A DNA stretch of 64,000 nt from Rhizophagus irregularis. Its lineage: Eukaryota. Below, one piece after another: positions 25,538 to 39,728 of this stretch (the stretch's first letter is position 1; each line of letters opens with the position of its first letter). Where the stretch lies: positions 1,674,001 through 1,738,000 of the forward strand of contig NC_089433.1 of NCBI RefSeq assembly GCF_026210795.1. The letters are read 5' to 3'. The notes beneath the pieces are model-generated. The model saw only the letters and a program-made list of their open reading frames with translations, ran no database searches and was not told the origin of the DNA. A program made the translations under genes and the position numbers.

Positions 25538-28500
25538 TATTGTTTTTATTTATTCAAATAATTTTTATGGGTCTCCTTGGAGCGGTCCTAAAAAAAATAA
25601 AAATTTAAATTATTTGATACTTTTGATGATTTGATTTTATATATATATATATATATCCTTACCTTTTATTGTCGTTAAAAAAAAAATTAATAATAATAAT
25701 TTATAATGGTCGTAAAAAAATTGTCATAAAAATTATTTAAAAAAAAAACACTTGAATTAAAGGGTCTTTATCTTTATTATATATGTCAAATTGGTAACAT
25801 AGATGTAGTGAATCTTTACACGAAATACAAAGATTATCACTTATTGTAACCAAAAATAAACAGTAATTTCCTTAATATTTTTCCCTACTATTTTAATTTA
25901 TCCTTTTAGAATTTTGCATTATCTTTTAATCTATTTTTGGCATATTGTCCCCGAAAAAGAAATTGATAAGGAGAATACTTTGAATGTATTTACATATCGA
26001 TGCAATATAGATATTTTTAAAAATTTTTATTCATTTATCAAATAAAATTTTAGATCACACCAAAATCGCCCAATTTACTATTTCTTATCATATCATTATA
26101 ATACTTTATTAAGATAAACAAACTTTACTAATTTTGGTATATGACAATGTGTTACCGCCTATTCCGTTTATTATCAAAAAGAAAAAAGAGATTGTTGAAT
26201 ACAATCTTCTTTGCAGAGTCTTCATGCAGCTTTTTTGTCACTTGTGAAAACCTCATTCAAATAATAATAAAAGTGGTCCTAACCGAAACTTTGTTCATAT
26301 GCATGACGGTTAAAATTATCTTCCACGAATTCCGTAATAGGATTAATGCAATTTTTATCGTAATTAATCGTTACCCGTATTCCGTCCGTGTCAAATGCTG
26401 CACAAAATTACTAATCAGCATTCAAATATATATATATCTATTATAAAATAGCTGTTTAAGTAGTTTATAAAGTTATAATGTAATTCAGCACATAAATAAG
26501 TATGTATAGACTTTACGCTAAGAATCGTTAGTAAAAGAGATATGAATTCGACGATGCGTTGTTCACTTCCGAGTTACGAGGCATATGAAGGAGGATCTTC
26601 GAGAGAATTGTTACCCATATATGATATATTATTCTTGATTATAAACCGGAATTATATTCCGAATTGGGCTGAGATTGTTTTTATTATCCGATCATTTAAG
26701 GTTAACTAAATGTTTACCACTTAATTCATTTCTGGTACTCACATACTCAAAACAGTTTGACAGAAATATACATTAATTAATAATCTTATTATTATACTTA
26801 CGTAGCATTTTTTTTTGATATTATATCTATAAATAGTAACCCTCAAATATTATTTATAGAATATCATTATTATTATTTATTTATTATTTTTGAAACATTT
26901 CTTTTACTTCTTACAAATATTGTATATAAATGATATATTTTCGACAAAAAATCATAATTATTCCTTATAAAATTGATTAATAAAGTAGTTACTAATATTA
27001 TTGTTTCAAATTTTTATGTGCAAATGTAATTTGTAATGTTACAAGTATAAAGAAATTACCAATTTGTTTATGCTATTAATTTGCAAATTTACCTAAAAGT
27101 ATTACTAACTCTAACCTTAATCGTATTTCTTTTTGTACATTTTTCTTTTTATTATAACCCCTACTTTCTCCATTTCGCATTTAACCTACTAAAATTTAGA
27201 ACCTCGTCATTTGGTATTTTCGTTATAAAGAAATTTCCTTTGGTGATTTCCAATATTTCCGATTGCCGTTATAAATTTCTCACGTTACACGACATCGGTA
27301 AAACTTTCACTTTGGGTGTCATAGTATATATGATGTGAATATGTCAAAAAAAATCAGTAATTCAAAACTCGGTAAAATCATCGCCGGCAAAATGATCCTG
27401 TTGGTAAAATAATTGATGAAATGATTATCGGTGAGACCCTTAGTATACATTATCGTACATTCGTACTGCTTCTCTGTAAAAAATTTTATCCGTAATTCTC
27501 CGTGAATATGATACATTTATGGAAATAACATGAAATAAAAAAAAAACGGAATAAATTTTTTATGGGACGAACTAATGATTTTGGTTCTTTTTCTTCATTG
27601 GCTCATTCAGCCATTCCCATTTTCACACCCAAACCCGCTAAAAATTAAAAAAACTTGCCTATTTGGGATGAACCCCCGGTTGGGAAAAAAAAATTTTTTA
27701 TGGGACGAACTAATGATTTTGGTTCATTTTCCTCATTGGCTTATTCAGTCATTCCCATTTTCACACCCAACCCGCTAAAAATTAAAAAAACTTTGCCCGA
27801 TTGGGATGAACCCGGTTGGGAAAGAAAAACTGATTATTAAAAAAATTTAATAACCGTTTTTTTTTTTAATATTTGTTATCTATTTTTTATAAGAATGAAA
27901 ATGAACTGCATTAGAAATTTAAAAGTTTAAAAAATTTAGAAGTTGTAATTTGTAATTAAAAAATGGTAATTATTTCTCAACAAACTAGTGTCCAATTTAT
28001 AAAGAAATTTTGGAATTTTGAAATTATGGGTTGTCAAAACAAATGAATAATTATTATTTTATCAAAAGTTTAGAGATTAGTTCAGACGAAACATGTTATT
28101 GTGGTTATTGTGATTATCCTGCTTATTTTTTCCAACTTAGGAATACATTGACTTGCGTCACGAAAAATCTCACCCTATGATATCGCTATGCTATCGATTT
28201 GAGAACAAATTATCCATACATGAAGTTAAATGCTGATGTAATGGTACAATGATCTCTTTACATTATTATTTTTCGACAAAAGTTCCTTCGTCACGTGACT
28301 GCGTGAAGATTCACAGTGAAATTCGATTAACGATAAATTAAAAGTTTGGAACTGGAATTTTTCCGGATCAAATCATATATTAAGATAGATAGTTTCGATA
28401 TATTAATAAAATCTCGATAATAGAACAAACGGTTTGATATATCAGAATAAATAAACGAACCTAATTATAAAGTTTTGATTTTATTGCTATACATTATTAT

Positions 28501-31500
28501 ATGAACAGAATTTTACATGATTTAAAAAATTTTTTGCCTTATTGATTATAATAATCAAATTTTAGGATAATCAAAAGTTAAATTTTTATAGGTATAATAT
28601 TTTAAATTCAATATGTAATAATTTGTAAAGAAAACATGAAAAAAGGTTTGATTTTATTACCATTGATATTCGTAGAGCGGACAAATTTGACGCTGCCATG
28701 AATAAATAACGATTTTTACGTTTAGAGTCTTAAAAGATTCTTATTATAATGTTATCATACGTAATAATCAGGTGCGAATTGGCACTTTAAAACTTTGTCA
28801 ATTATGATCGCATCTTTATAAATTTATAGCACAGAATTTTATTAAATAATAAAATAATTTTTTATTAAATTAATTATAAATTACATACAATCGTTCAGAT
28901 GTTAAACATAAATCGATAATTTATTATTTATATTATTATATTAAATAATTAAATTAGCTCTTCCATTTTGAAATTTCTCATATTCACACCCAACCCGCTA
29001 AAAATTAAAAAAACTTGCCCGTTTGGGATGAACCCGGTTGGGAAAGAAAAACTGATCATTAAAAAAGAATTTAACAACCGTTTTTTTTTTAATATTTGAA
29101 ATTATCTATTTTTTAAAAAAATGAAAATGAATTGCATCGCAAAGCGTTAGGAATTAAAATTTAGAATTTTCGAAGTTGTAATTTGTAATTAAAAATGATA
29201 ATTATTTCTCAACAAACTAGTGTCCAATTTATAAAGAAATTTTGGAATTTTGAAATTATGGGATGTCAAAACAAATCAAAAATTTAGAAATTAGTTCAGA
29301 CGAAACGTGTTATTGTGGTTATTGTGATTATCCTGGTTATTTTTTCCAACTTAGGAATACATTGACTTGTGCCACGAAAAATCTCACTCTATGTTATCGT
29401 TATGCTATCGATTTGAGAACAAATTATCACACATGAAGTTAAATGCTGATGTAATGGTACAATGATCACTTTACATCATAATTTTTTTTATTTTTCGACA
29501 AAGTTCCTTCGTCACGTGACTGCGTGAAGATTATGATTAACGGAATCTCGGTTATGGAACTGAATTTTTATCAGAATTTTCTGGATTATATTAAGATAGT
29601 TTCGATAATGGAATATATTAATATATTAGTAAAATCTCGATAATCGAACAAAAGGTTTGATATATCAGAATAAATAAACGAATAAATAAACGAACCTAAG
29701 TAATTATAAAGTTTTGATTTTATGCTATACATTATATGAACAGAATTCACATGATTTAAAATTTTAGGATCATAACCAAAAGTTAATTTTTATAGGTATA
29801 ATATTTAAGTTCAATATGTAATAATTTGTAAAGAAAACATGAAAAAAGGTTTAATTTTATTACCATTGATATTTGTAGAGCGGATAAATTTGATGCTGCC
29901 ATGTATAAATAACGATTTTTACGTTTAGAGTCTTAAAAGATTCTTATTATAATGTTATCATACGTTATAATCAGGTGCGAATTGGCACCTTAAACTTTAT
30001 CAATTATGATCGTATCTTTATAAATTTATAGCACAGAATTTTATTCAATAATAAAATAATTTTTTATTAAATTAATTATAAATTATATCAAAAAAAAGCT
30101 TAACCGGTTAATAACCGTACAATCGTTCAGATGTTAAACAGAAGTCGATAATTTACTATTTATATTCATATATTAAATAATTAAATTAGAACAAAATAGC
30201 TCTTCCATTTGGAAATTTCTCTTATTCACACCCAACCCGCTAAAAATTAAAAAAACTTGCCCGATTGGGATGAACCCGGTTGGGAAAGAAAAACTGATCA
30301 TTAAAAAAATTTAATAACCGTTTTTTTTTTAATATTTGTTATTTATTTTTTATTAGAATGAAAATGAACTGCATTAGAAATTTAAAAGTTTAAATAATTT
30401 AGAAGTTGTAATTTGTAATTAAAAAATGGTAATTATTTCTCAACAAACTAGTGTCCAATTTATAAAGAAATTTTGGAATTTTGAAATTATGGGTTGTCAA
30501 AACAAATGAATAATTATTATTTTGTCAAAAGTTTAGAGATTAGTTCAGACGAAACACGTTATTGTGGTTATTGTGATTATCCGCTTATTTTTTCCAACTT
30601 AGGAATACATTGACTTGCGTCACGAAAATCTCACTCTATGCTATCGCTATGCTATCGATTTGAGAACAAATTATCATACATGAAGTTAAATGCTGATGTA
30701 ATGGTACAATGATCTCTTTACATTATAATTTTTTTTTATTTTCGACAAAAGTTCCTTCGTCACGTGACTGCGTGAAGATTCACAGTGAAATTCGATTAAC
30801 GATAAATTGAAAGTTTGGATTTTTATCGGAATTTTTCCGGGTCAAATCATATATTAAGATAGATAGTTTCGATATATTATAAAATCTCGATAATAGAACA
30901 AACGGTTTGATATATCAGAATAAATAAACGAACCTAATTATAAAGTTTTGATTTTATGCTATACATTATATGAACAGAATTTACATGATTTAAAAAATTT
31001 TTTGCCTTATTGATTATAATAATCAAATTTTAGGATAATCAAAAGTTAATTTTTATAGGTATAATATTTTAAGTTCAATATGTAATAATTTGTAAAGAAA
31101 ACATGAAAAAAGGTTTGATTTTATTACCATTGATATTCGTAGAGCGGACAAATTTGACGCTGCCATGAATAAATAACGATTTTTACGTTTAGAGTCTTAA
31201 AAGAATCTTATTATAATGTTACCATACGTTATAATCAGGTGCGAATTGGCACTTTAAAAATTTCGTCAATTATTGCATCTTTATAAATTTATAGCACAGA
31301 ATTTTATTTATTCAATAATAAAATAAATAATTGTTTTATTAAATAAATTATAAATTACTATGTACAATCGTACAGATGTTAAACAGAAATCGATAATTTA
31401 TTATTTATATTATCTGTTATTATATTAAATAATTAAATTAGAACAAAATAGCTCTTCCATTTGGAATTTCTCATATTCACACCCAACCCGCTAAAAATTA

Positions 31501-33510
31501 AAAAAACTTGCCCGTTTGGGATGAACCCGGTTGGGAAAGAAAAACTGATCATTAAAAAAATTTAATAACCGTTTTTTTTTTTAATATTTGTTATCTATTT
31601 TTTATAAGAATGAAAATGAACTGCATTAGAAATTTAAAAGTTTAAAAAATTTAAAAGTTGTAATTTGTAATTAAAAAATGATAATTATTTCTCAACAAAC
31701 TAGTGTCCAATTTATAAAGAAATTTTGGAATTTTGAAATTATGGGTTGTCAAAACAAATGAATAATTATTATTTTGTCAAAAGTTTAGAGATTAGTTTCA
31801 GAAGAAACACCTTATTGTGGTTATTGTGATTATCCTAGTTATTTTTTCCAACTTAGGAATACATTGACTTGCACCACGAAAAATCTCACTCTATGCTATA
31901 GCTATGCTATCGATTTGAGAACAAATTATCATACATGAAGTTAAATGCTGATGTAATGGTACAATGATCTCTTTACATCATAATTTTTTTTTATTTTTCG
32001 ACAAAAGTTCCTTCGTCACGTGACTGCGTGAAGATTCACAGTGAAATTCGATTAACGATAAATTAAAAAGTTTGGAACTGGAATTTTTCCGGATCAAATT
32101 ATATATTAAGATAGATAGTTTCGATATATCAATAAAATCTCGATAATCGAACAAACGGTTTGATATATCAGAATAAATAAACGAACCTAATTATAAAGTT
32201 TTGATTTTATGCTATACATTATATGAACAGAATTTTACATGATTTAAAAAATTTTTTGCCTTATTGTTTATAATAATCAAATTTTAGGATAATCAAAAGT
32301 TAATTTTTATAGGTATAATATTTTAAGTTCAATATGTAATAATTTGTAAAGAAAACATGAAAAAAGGTTTGATTTTATTACGATTGATATTCGTAGAGCG
32401 GACAAATTTGATGCTGCATGAATAAATAACGATTTTTACGTTTAGCGACTTAAAAGATTCTTATTATAATGTTATCATACGTAATAATCAGGTGCGAATT
32501 GGCACTTTAAAACTTTGTCAATTATGATCGCATCTTTATAAATTTATAGCACAGAATTTTATTCAATAATAAAATAATTTTTTATTAAATAAATTATAAA
32601 TTATGTACAATCGTACAGATGTTAAACAGAAATCGATAATTTATTATTTATATTATTATATTAAATAATTAAATTAGAACAAAATAACTCTTCCATTTGG
32701 AATTTCTCATATTCACACCCAACCCGCTAAAAATTAAAAAAACTTGCCCGTTTGGGATGAACCCGGTTGGGAAAGAAAAACTGATTATTAAAAAAAATTT
32801 AATAACCGTTTTTTGTATTTCAATAGTAATTTATTAATTAGAATTTCGAAGTTGTAAGTTGTAATTAAAATTTAGTGATTATTTCTCAACAAACTAGTGT
32901 CCAATTTATAAAGAAATCTGAAAATTTTGAAATTATGGGATGTCAAAACAAATGAATAATTACTTTGTCAAAAGTTTAGAAATTAGTTCAGACAAAACAC
33001 GTTATTGTGGTTATTGTGATTATCCTGGTTATTTTTTCCAACTTAGTAGGAATATACTGTATACATTGACTTGCGTCACGAAAAATCTCACTCTATGCTA
33101 TCGCTATGCTATCGATTTGAGAACAAATTATCATTCACGAGCTAAATGCTGATGAATTGGTACAAATGATCTCTTTACATAACAATTTTTTTATTTTTCG
33201 ACTTAAAATTACAAAAATTCCTTCATCACGTGACTGAGCGAAGATATTCGAAATAACGGAATTTTAATAAATTGGAACTGAACTTTTTTATCAGAACTTT
33301 TTCTGGAACAAAATCATATATATTAAAGTAGTTTCGTTATAATGGAATATATATAGTGGTGATAAAATCTCGATAATCGCTATAACGAAACATACAGCAA
33401 AAATCGGATATCAGAATACATGATGATCTACGTAGATGAACCAATAAAATTAATCTCGCATGACAAAAAATAAGACGATAAATAATAGATACACTAAATT
33501 ATAGCTATAT

Positions 33511-33690
33511 CGCAGGTCGAAGAGATATGGTTTACAACTTTACATGAAGTTTATTCTAATAGAAACTTTTCCAATTTCCATGTTGTATGCCAGATTTCAA
33601 CGAAGTTTCCAGCTTTCGTGGAAATGTTATGCAAATTCAATCACGTACACCAAGGTTTCCATAGTGGAAACCATACCACTTTGACCAGTG
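33511..33690. mobile_element. CACTA/EnSpm-type MITE inserted in array unit 6
   Basis: Left end CGCAGGTCGAAGAGATATGGTTTAC vs reverse complement of right end CACTGGTCAAAGTGGTATGGTTTCC. 3-bp TSD TAT. The homologous site at ~35540-35575 is empty. Confidence 0.7.
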
Positions 33691-34106
33691 TATTAGGTAT
33701 ACAATGTATATAAGTACATTCTTTTTTGATTTAGTTAATTTTAAAATGCAAAGTTATAATGAATTTATTTAAAAATAAAATAAACGAATTACAAAATTCG
33801 GTAGATGTTATAATGTTGCCGAAAAAAATGTGAAAATCACATTTTATTTTTAAACCTCTCCATTTGGCCTCCCACTTACACACCCAACCCGCTAAGAATT
33901 AAAAAAACTTGCCCATTTGGGAAATATAACCCGGATGGGAAGAAAAAACTAATTATTAAAAATTTAATAACTGTTTTTTTTTTGATAAAGATTTTTTTTT
34001 TTTTGAAAAGAAAGGTATAAGTTAAAAAATTGATTATTACTGAACAAATTAATGATCTATTTATAATGAAATCTAGAAAATTTGAAATTATGGGATGTTA
34101 AACATT

Positions 34107-34214
34107 ATGGGGTGTCAAAAACTCAAAAGTTTAGTTCATAACGTTATTGTGGTTATTGTGTCTATCATGATTATCATGGTTATTGTTACTAAACTTAGGG
34201 ACGGAATACATTGA
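34107..34214 (+). CDS. Putative 35-aa single-TM micropeptide in unit 7 (MGCQKLKSLVHNVIVVIVSIMIIMVIVTKLRDGIH)
   Basis: Hand translation; lies just downstream of the conserved TATA-like box; paralogous open frames exist in other units. Confidence 0.3.
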   Translation: MGCQKLKSLVHNVIVVIVSIMIIMVIVTKLRDGIH

Positions 34215-37200
34215 CTTGCGTCACGAAAAATCCTACTCTATACTATCAATTTGAGAACAAATGAAGTTAAATGCTGATGTAATGGTATAAATGATCTCTT
34301 TACATGATAATTTTTTTATTTTTCGATTTGAATTCCTTCATCACGTGACTGCGTGAAGAGATTGACGGAATCAATAAAATTGAAAGTTTGGAACTGGATT
34401 TTTATCGGAATTTTTCTGGATCAAATCATACATTAAAATAGTTTCGATATAATGGAATATATTAGTAAAATCCTGATAATCGAACAAACGGTTTGGTATA
34501 CCAGAACAAATATTGTTACACATTATATGAGAACAGAATTTTACATGATTTAAAAAATTTTCGACTTATCGATTATAATAATCAAGTTTTAGGATAATCA
34601 AAAGTTGGTAAATATTAGTTCAATACTATGTAATAATTTGCAAAGAAAACATGAATTTTATTACTATTGATATTTATAGAGCGGGACAAATTTGATGCTG
34701 TCATGAATAAATAGTAACGATTTTTACGTTTAGCGTCTTAAAAAATTCTTATTATAATGTTACCATACGTAATAGTAATCAGGTGCGAATTGGCACTTTA
34801 AAACTTTGTTAATTATGATCGCATCTTTATAAATTTACAGCACAGAATTTTATTCAATAATAAAATAATTTTTTATTAAATAAATTATAAATTATGTACA
34901 ATCGTTCAGATGTTAAACGGAAATCGATAATTTACTATTTCATATATTAAATAATTAAATTAGAACAAAATAGCTCTTCCATTTGGAAATTTCTCATATT
35001 CACACCCAACCCGCTAAAAATTAAAAAAACTTGCCCGTTTGGGAAGAACCCTGTTGGGAAAGAAAAACTGATTATTAAAAAAAATTTAATAACCGTTTTT
35101 TTTAATAAGAATGAATTTTAAAAATTTAGAATTTCGAAATTTGTAAGTTGTAAATTAATGATAGTGATTATTTCTCGACAAACTAATGTCCCATTTATAA
35201 AGAAATATGGAAATCTTGAAATTATGGGATGTCAAAACGAATGGTTATTGTCAAAAGTTTGACAATTATGGTTATTGTGTCTATCATGGTTATTGTTTAA
35301 CCTAGGAATACATTGACTTGCGTCACAAAAAATTCCACTCTATGCCATCGATCGATTTGAAAACAAATTATCAATCATGGGCTAAATGCTGATGAAATGG
35401 TGCAAATGATCACTTTACATCTTTTTCATTTTCAACACCAAATCCTTCTGAATGAATTGACAAAGATAAGACGCTAAATAGTAATTTAGATACACCTGGT
35501 GCCTTACATAAAATAATAATAAATTAATAAATAATTTAGATACACTAAATTTTAGCGTATATTAGATATACAATGCACGTCTAGCTAGTTAATTTTAGTT
35601 ATTTTTAAAATGCAAAGTTTTATAATTTTATTGTTACACATATAAGAACGGAATTTCACATGGTTTAATATGAGTTCCGGTATATCAATAATTTTCAAAA
35701 TCTTTATATAAAATGTTCTTTATTCAGTTCAATATGCAATAGTTTGTAAAGAAAACATGAAAAAAAAGATTTTATCACTACCAATTGTTTGAAGAGTATT
35801 TTAATCTGTCTAAGAACGTGGACGCTGCCTCAAAGTAAAGTTCTGAACAAATAACGGCTTTTATGTTTAGCGTCTTCTTAATATAATGCTAATGCTATCA
35901 TAAGTGATAATCAATCGCGAATTTGCACTTTGAAAGTTTTGTCAATTATCGCATCTTTATAAGTTTATAGCACAAAATTTTACTAAATAATAAAAAATTA
36001 TTTATTTAATAAGTTATAAATTATAATACATTCGTTCTGATGTTAAATAGAAATCGATTGACTACTTGAATAATTTATTTATATGCGTATATTTATTTAT
36101 TAAATAATTAAATTAGAACGAATATAAAATTTTTGAAAAATAATGATTCTTTTTTTTATAGTTCTTCTATTTAGAAATTTCTCATTTTCACACCCAACCC
36201 GCTAAAATTAAAAAAAACTTGCCCATTTGGGAAGAACCCGGTTGGGAAGAAAAACTGATTATTAAATTTAGTAACCGTTTTTTTTTTAAAAGAATGAATT
36301 TTAAAAATTGATTATTAAATAATTGATTATTTCTCAACAAACTAATGTCCCATTTATAACGTAATCTGGAAAATTTGAAATTATGGGATTGAATGATTAC
36401 TTTGTCAAAAGGTTAGAATTTGCAATACGTTATTTGTGGTTATTGTGTCTATCATGATTATCATGGTTATTGTTTAACCTAGGAATACATTGACTTGCGT
36501 CACAAAAAATTCCACTTTATGCCATCGTTTTGAGACATAAGCTAAATGCTGATGAAATGGTACAAATTATCTCTTTACATGATAATTTTTTTTATTTTTC
36601 GACTTAAAATTACAAAAATTCCTTAACCACGTGACTGAGTGAAGATGCAAAGTGAAAGTCGACATAACGGAATTTCAATAAATTGAAACTGGCTTTTTTA
36701 TCAGAATTTTTTCTGAAACCAAATCATATATATTAAAATAGTTTCGATATACTGTATATTGGATAATCAAACAAACAAGTCGTAATAAAATAGATCAGAA
36801 CACGTGATGACTGATCTACATGACATTTAATAAAATTATTTAATAAAAGACGTGTAGATATTAGATGTTACCGATGTAACTAGAAACAATGTGAAATTTT
36901 ACAAAAAATTTCGTTTATTTTTAAAACTTTTCATTTGACCATTACACACCCAACCCGCTAAGAATTAAAAAAACTTGCCCATTTGGGAAATATAACCCGC
37001 ATGGGAAGAAAAAACTAATTATTAAAAATTTAATAACTGTTTTTTTTTTGATAAAATTATTTTTTTTTTTGAAAAGTTATAAGTTAAAAAATTGATAATC
37101 ACTGAACAAATTAATGATCTATTTATAATGAAATCTAGAGAATTTGTAATTATGGGATGTCAAAACATTATGGGGTGTCAAAGACTGTCAAATTTTTATC

Positions 37201-37221
37201 GTTATTGTTGTTATTGTCTAT

Positions 37222-37503
37222 CACTATAGTAGGACAAATTGATATTGCAAAAAAACCCATGAATTTTTAATAACAAGTGATAAAATTTATTAATGATCTG
37301 TATAACTCTTTAAAAATTCGCTATAGTCTATAGCGAGGGTATTTGTTCTGACATTTAAATTCGAATTGCAAAGTACAAAGGTTTTAATATAAAAATTCAC
37401 TATCATATCAAAATTATTTATTATAAAAAATCTGTACTGGACCTTTTCTTCATTATAGCAAGTTATTCACTATACAAAAATTCGTTATAGTGAGGGTGAA
37501 CTG
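37222..37503. mobile_element. Truncated Tc1/pogo-type element remnant interrupting unit 10
   Basis: Right end ..TTCGTTATAGTGAGGGTGAACTG|TA (CAGT-type TIR plus TA), with internal repeats of TTCRCTATA/TATAGYGAGGGT. Unit homology stops at ~37220. Confidence 0.45.
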
Positions 37504-38448
37504 TATTGTACGTTTGATATATGATTAAGTTATTTTATTAATAGACAATATGTAAGATATGAAAGCAACAATACATTTTTTAAGTCATCTAAGTGGAGTC
37601 GTAGAGTCATGTGATGCGGGTTCCTAAAGCTGGCGACAATAACCATCATGATAATCGTGATAGACACAGTAACGCTACGAACTAAATGTTTGACAAAGTA
37701 ATCTTTCATTTGTTTTGACACTCCATCCATAATATTTTGACATCCCATAATTTCAAAATTTCTAGATTTCAGTATAAATATATCATTGGTTTGAACAGTG
37801 AACATTAAAAATAATAAATTCCTTTTTTAAAACAAAAGTTTTTCATCAAAAAAAAAAAACGGTTATTAAATATTTAATAATCGGTTTTTTCTTCCCAGCC
37901 GGTTCTGGGCAAGTTTTTTCAATTTTTAGCGGGTTGGGTGTGTAAATGAGAAATGGCCAAGTGGAGAGTTATAAAAATAAACGAGAGTTTTGTAAAATTC
38001 CACATTTTGCATAATATCTACAGAACGTCTGTAATTTATTTTATTTAAATTTTTATGTTACATAAATTTAGATACAATAGTAATTAACAAACTTTTAAGT
38101 GACTAAATTCTTAAGCGAATTAAAATATATTTACATCGATATTGATAAAATTCTTTACATTACATTTTTTCCAACCTTTTTTTTATGTTCTTTACAACCT
38201 TATCAGATCGAACTTGATATAGAAAATATTGTCTATAAAATCTTAAATTTGATGATTATTATTATAGTCGTAATAACTATTCGATCATAAATATTGAATT
38301 ACAAATATATGCAGACGCTTAGGTTTTAGGTTTTTTTGTATTTATGCGCAAAATTTACATATACTAGGTTATCAGCCATATTTGTTAACAAAAATGCCAG
38401 TTCTAAAAGCGAATTATACGTAGAAATACTCCGCTTATAATTGGTTAC

Positions 38449-39410
38449 CATCAGGAGTTTAAAAGGGTGTAGATTTGCAAAATTACACGTATGTAAAAAA
38501 TCACGCAAATTCACGACACCTACGTGGGTATACGGGCGTGTAAAATCACAAATATTCTTAATAATGAGAATTCCTATATTAATTTAATAAAAAAATTTTT
38601 GTATTTTTAAATATAAGGGGAATACACGATAAAATTCTTCTCTTCCTTTCTTTTTCTTCTTGTTCCCTTTATTTCTCTCTCACCTCTCTCCTTTCCTTCA
38701 TTTGTTATTTCTTTCCTTAATATTTTTATTTACTCGGCATAATTTTTTTATATTTATTTATTTATTTTTTTTTGCTTACCTTAGGATCGAACTGATTACC
38801 TTGAGTTATTTTATTATATATCATATCTCGCAACTTAACCACTATGCTATTTAACTTTTTTTATAATTTACAGTATTATATTTTATATTTATCTTAAAAA
38901 TCATACTTTGAGTAAGTTACGCAAAATTGCATATTTACATGTTTTTTTATATCATAAAATGGTGTAACTATCTATTTATATAAATCCACACTACTTTTTT
39001 AAACCAAATTTATCAAAATATTTCGAATTGTTGTATTTATGTATGGATTGCTTAAAATCATATGTTTGTACAATTTTTTAGCATGTGAATATCCGAAACT
39101 ACTTGTTTATGTAAATTTACACAATTTTTTTTTAGATGGAAATTTGTTGAAATATTTTAGACTGTGATTTTATATATAGAATACTCAAAATTATGTATTT
39201 ATACAATTTTTCAGAATATAGATTTTTGAAACTATCTGTTTATAAAAAATCTATGCAATTATTTTAGACACGAATTATCAAATAGTACTATATTTTAAGT
39301 GTAAATTAAACAATATCGCGTATTTACGAGTTTTTTCAAGGTGTAAATTTTCGGGATTACCCATATTTGATAAATCTACATTAATATACACATAATTTAA
39401 TCTCCTGATG
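38449..39410. mobile_element. Non-autonomous DNA transposon (~960 bp, CMC/EnSpm-like ends) in the palindrome spacer
   Basis: TIRs CATCAGGAGTTTAAA / TTTAATCTCCTGATG, AC on both flanks (possible 2-bp TSD), subterminal TGTAGATTT/TGTAAATT repeats, no ORF. Confidence 0.6.
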
Positions 39411-39728
39411 ACTGTTGTGCTTGAATCCATTAAACAAATACTCATTTGAATAAAAAATCAAATAATGTACGATTCTTTACCAATATAAACACACATCACT
39501 TAGCCACGCATCAATTTATCAATTATTAATATTTATTTTATTTATTTTTGAATTAATATATTATAATACATAATACCTTCTTCCTATAAAAAATTTTCTA
39601 GGAAAAATTCCGATAAATGATCATTTTTCTAGTTTTCATTCCAAAAAAAACTTCAATTTTTATAGGGCTTATTACTGTAATAGTCGATTATTATTTAACT
39701 TACGTGATGAATGATTTTGTTGGAACTA

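Larger units (their letters stand above)
27554..37230 (+). repeat. Left part of the repeat array: tandem ~1.2 kb units with 10 copies of the conserved core CACACCCAACCCGCTAA..CCCRTTTGGG..CCCGGTTGGG
   Basis: Core starts at 27624, 27762, 28985, 30227, 31478, 32714, 33879, 35001, 36189 and 36945. Spacing is 1122-1251 bp, apart from 138 bp (first pair) and 756 bp (last pair). Confidence 0.95.

Noticed and set aside
26141..27516. Short ORFs between the membrane-protein gene and the array
   Set aside because: Low-complexity AT-rich translations with no splice-consistent model or recognisable domain
27624..27640. Telomeric repeat or telomerase template (CACACCCAACCC)
   Set aside because: Single non-tandem motif per unit, and not TTAGGG
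29027..29060. SECIS element (ATGA..AAA..TGAT)
   Set aside because: The required helix cannot form, and ATGA is not conserved (AAGAA or AAATATAA in other copies)
33145..33185. Hammerhead ribozyme suggested by CTGATGA in some units
   Set aside because: No stem II followed by GAAA, and most units read CTGATGT
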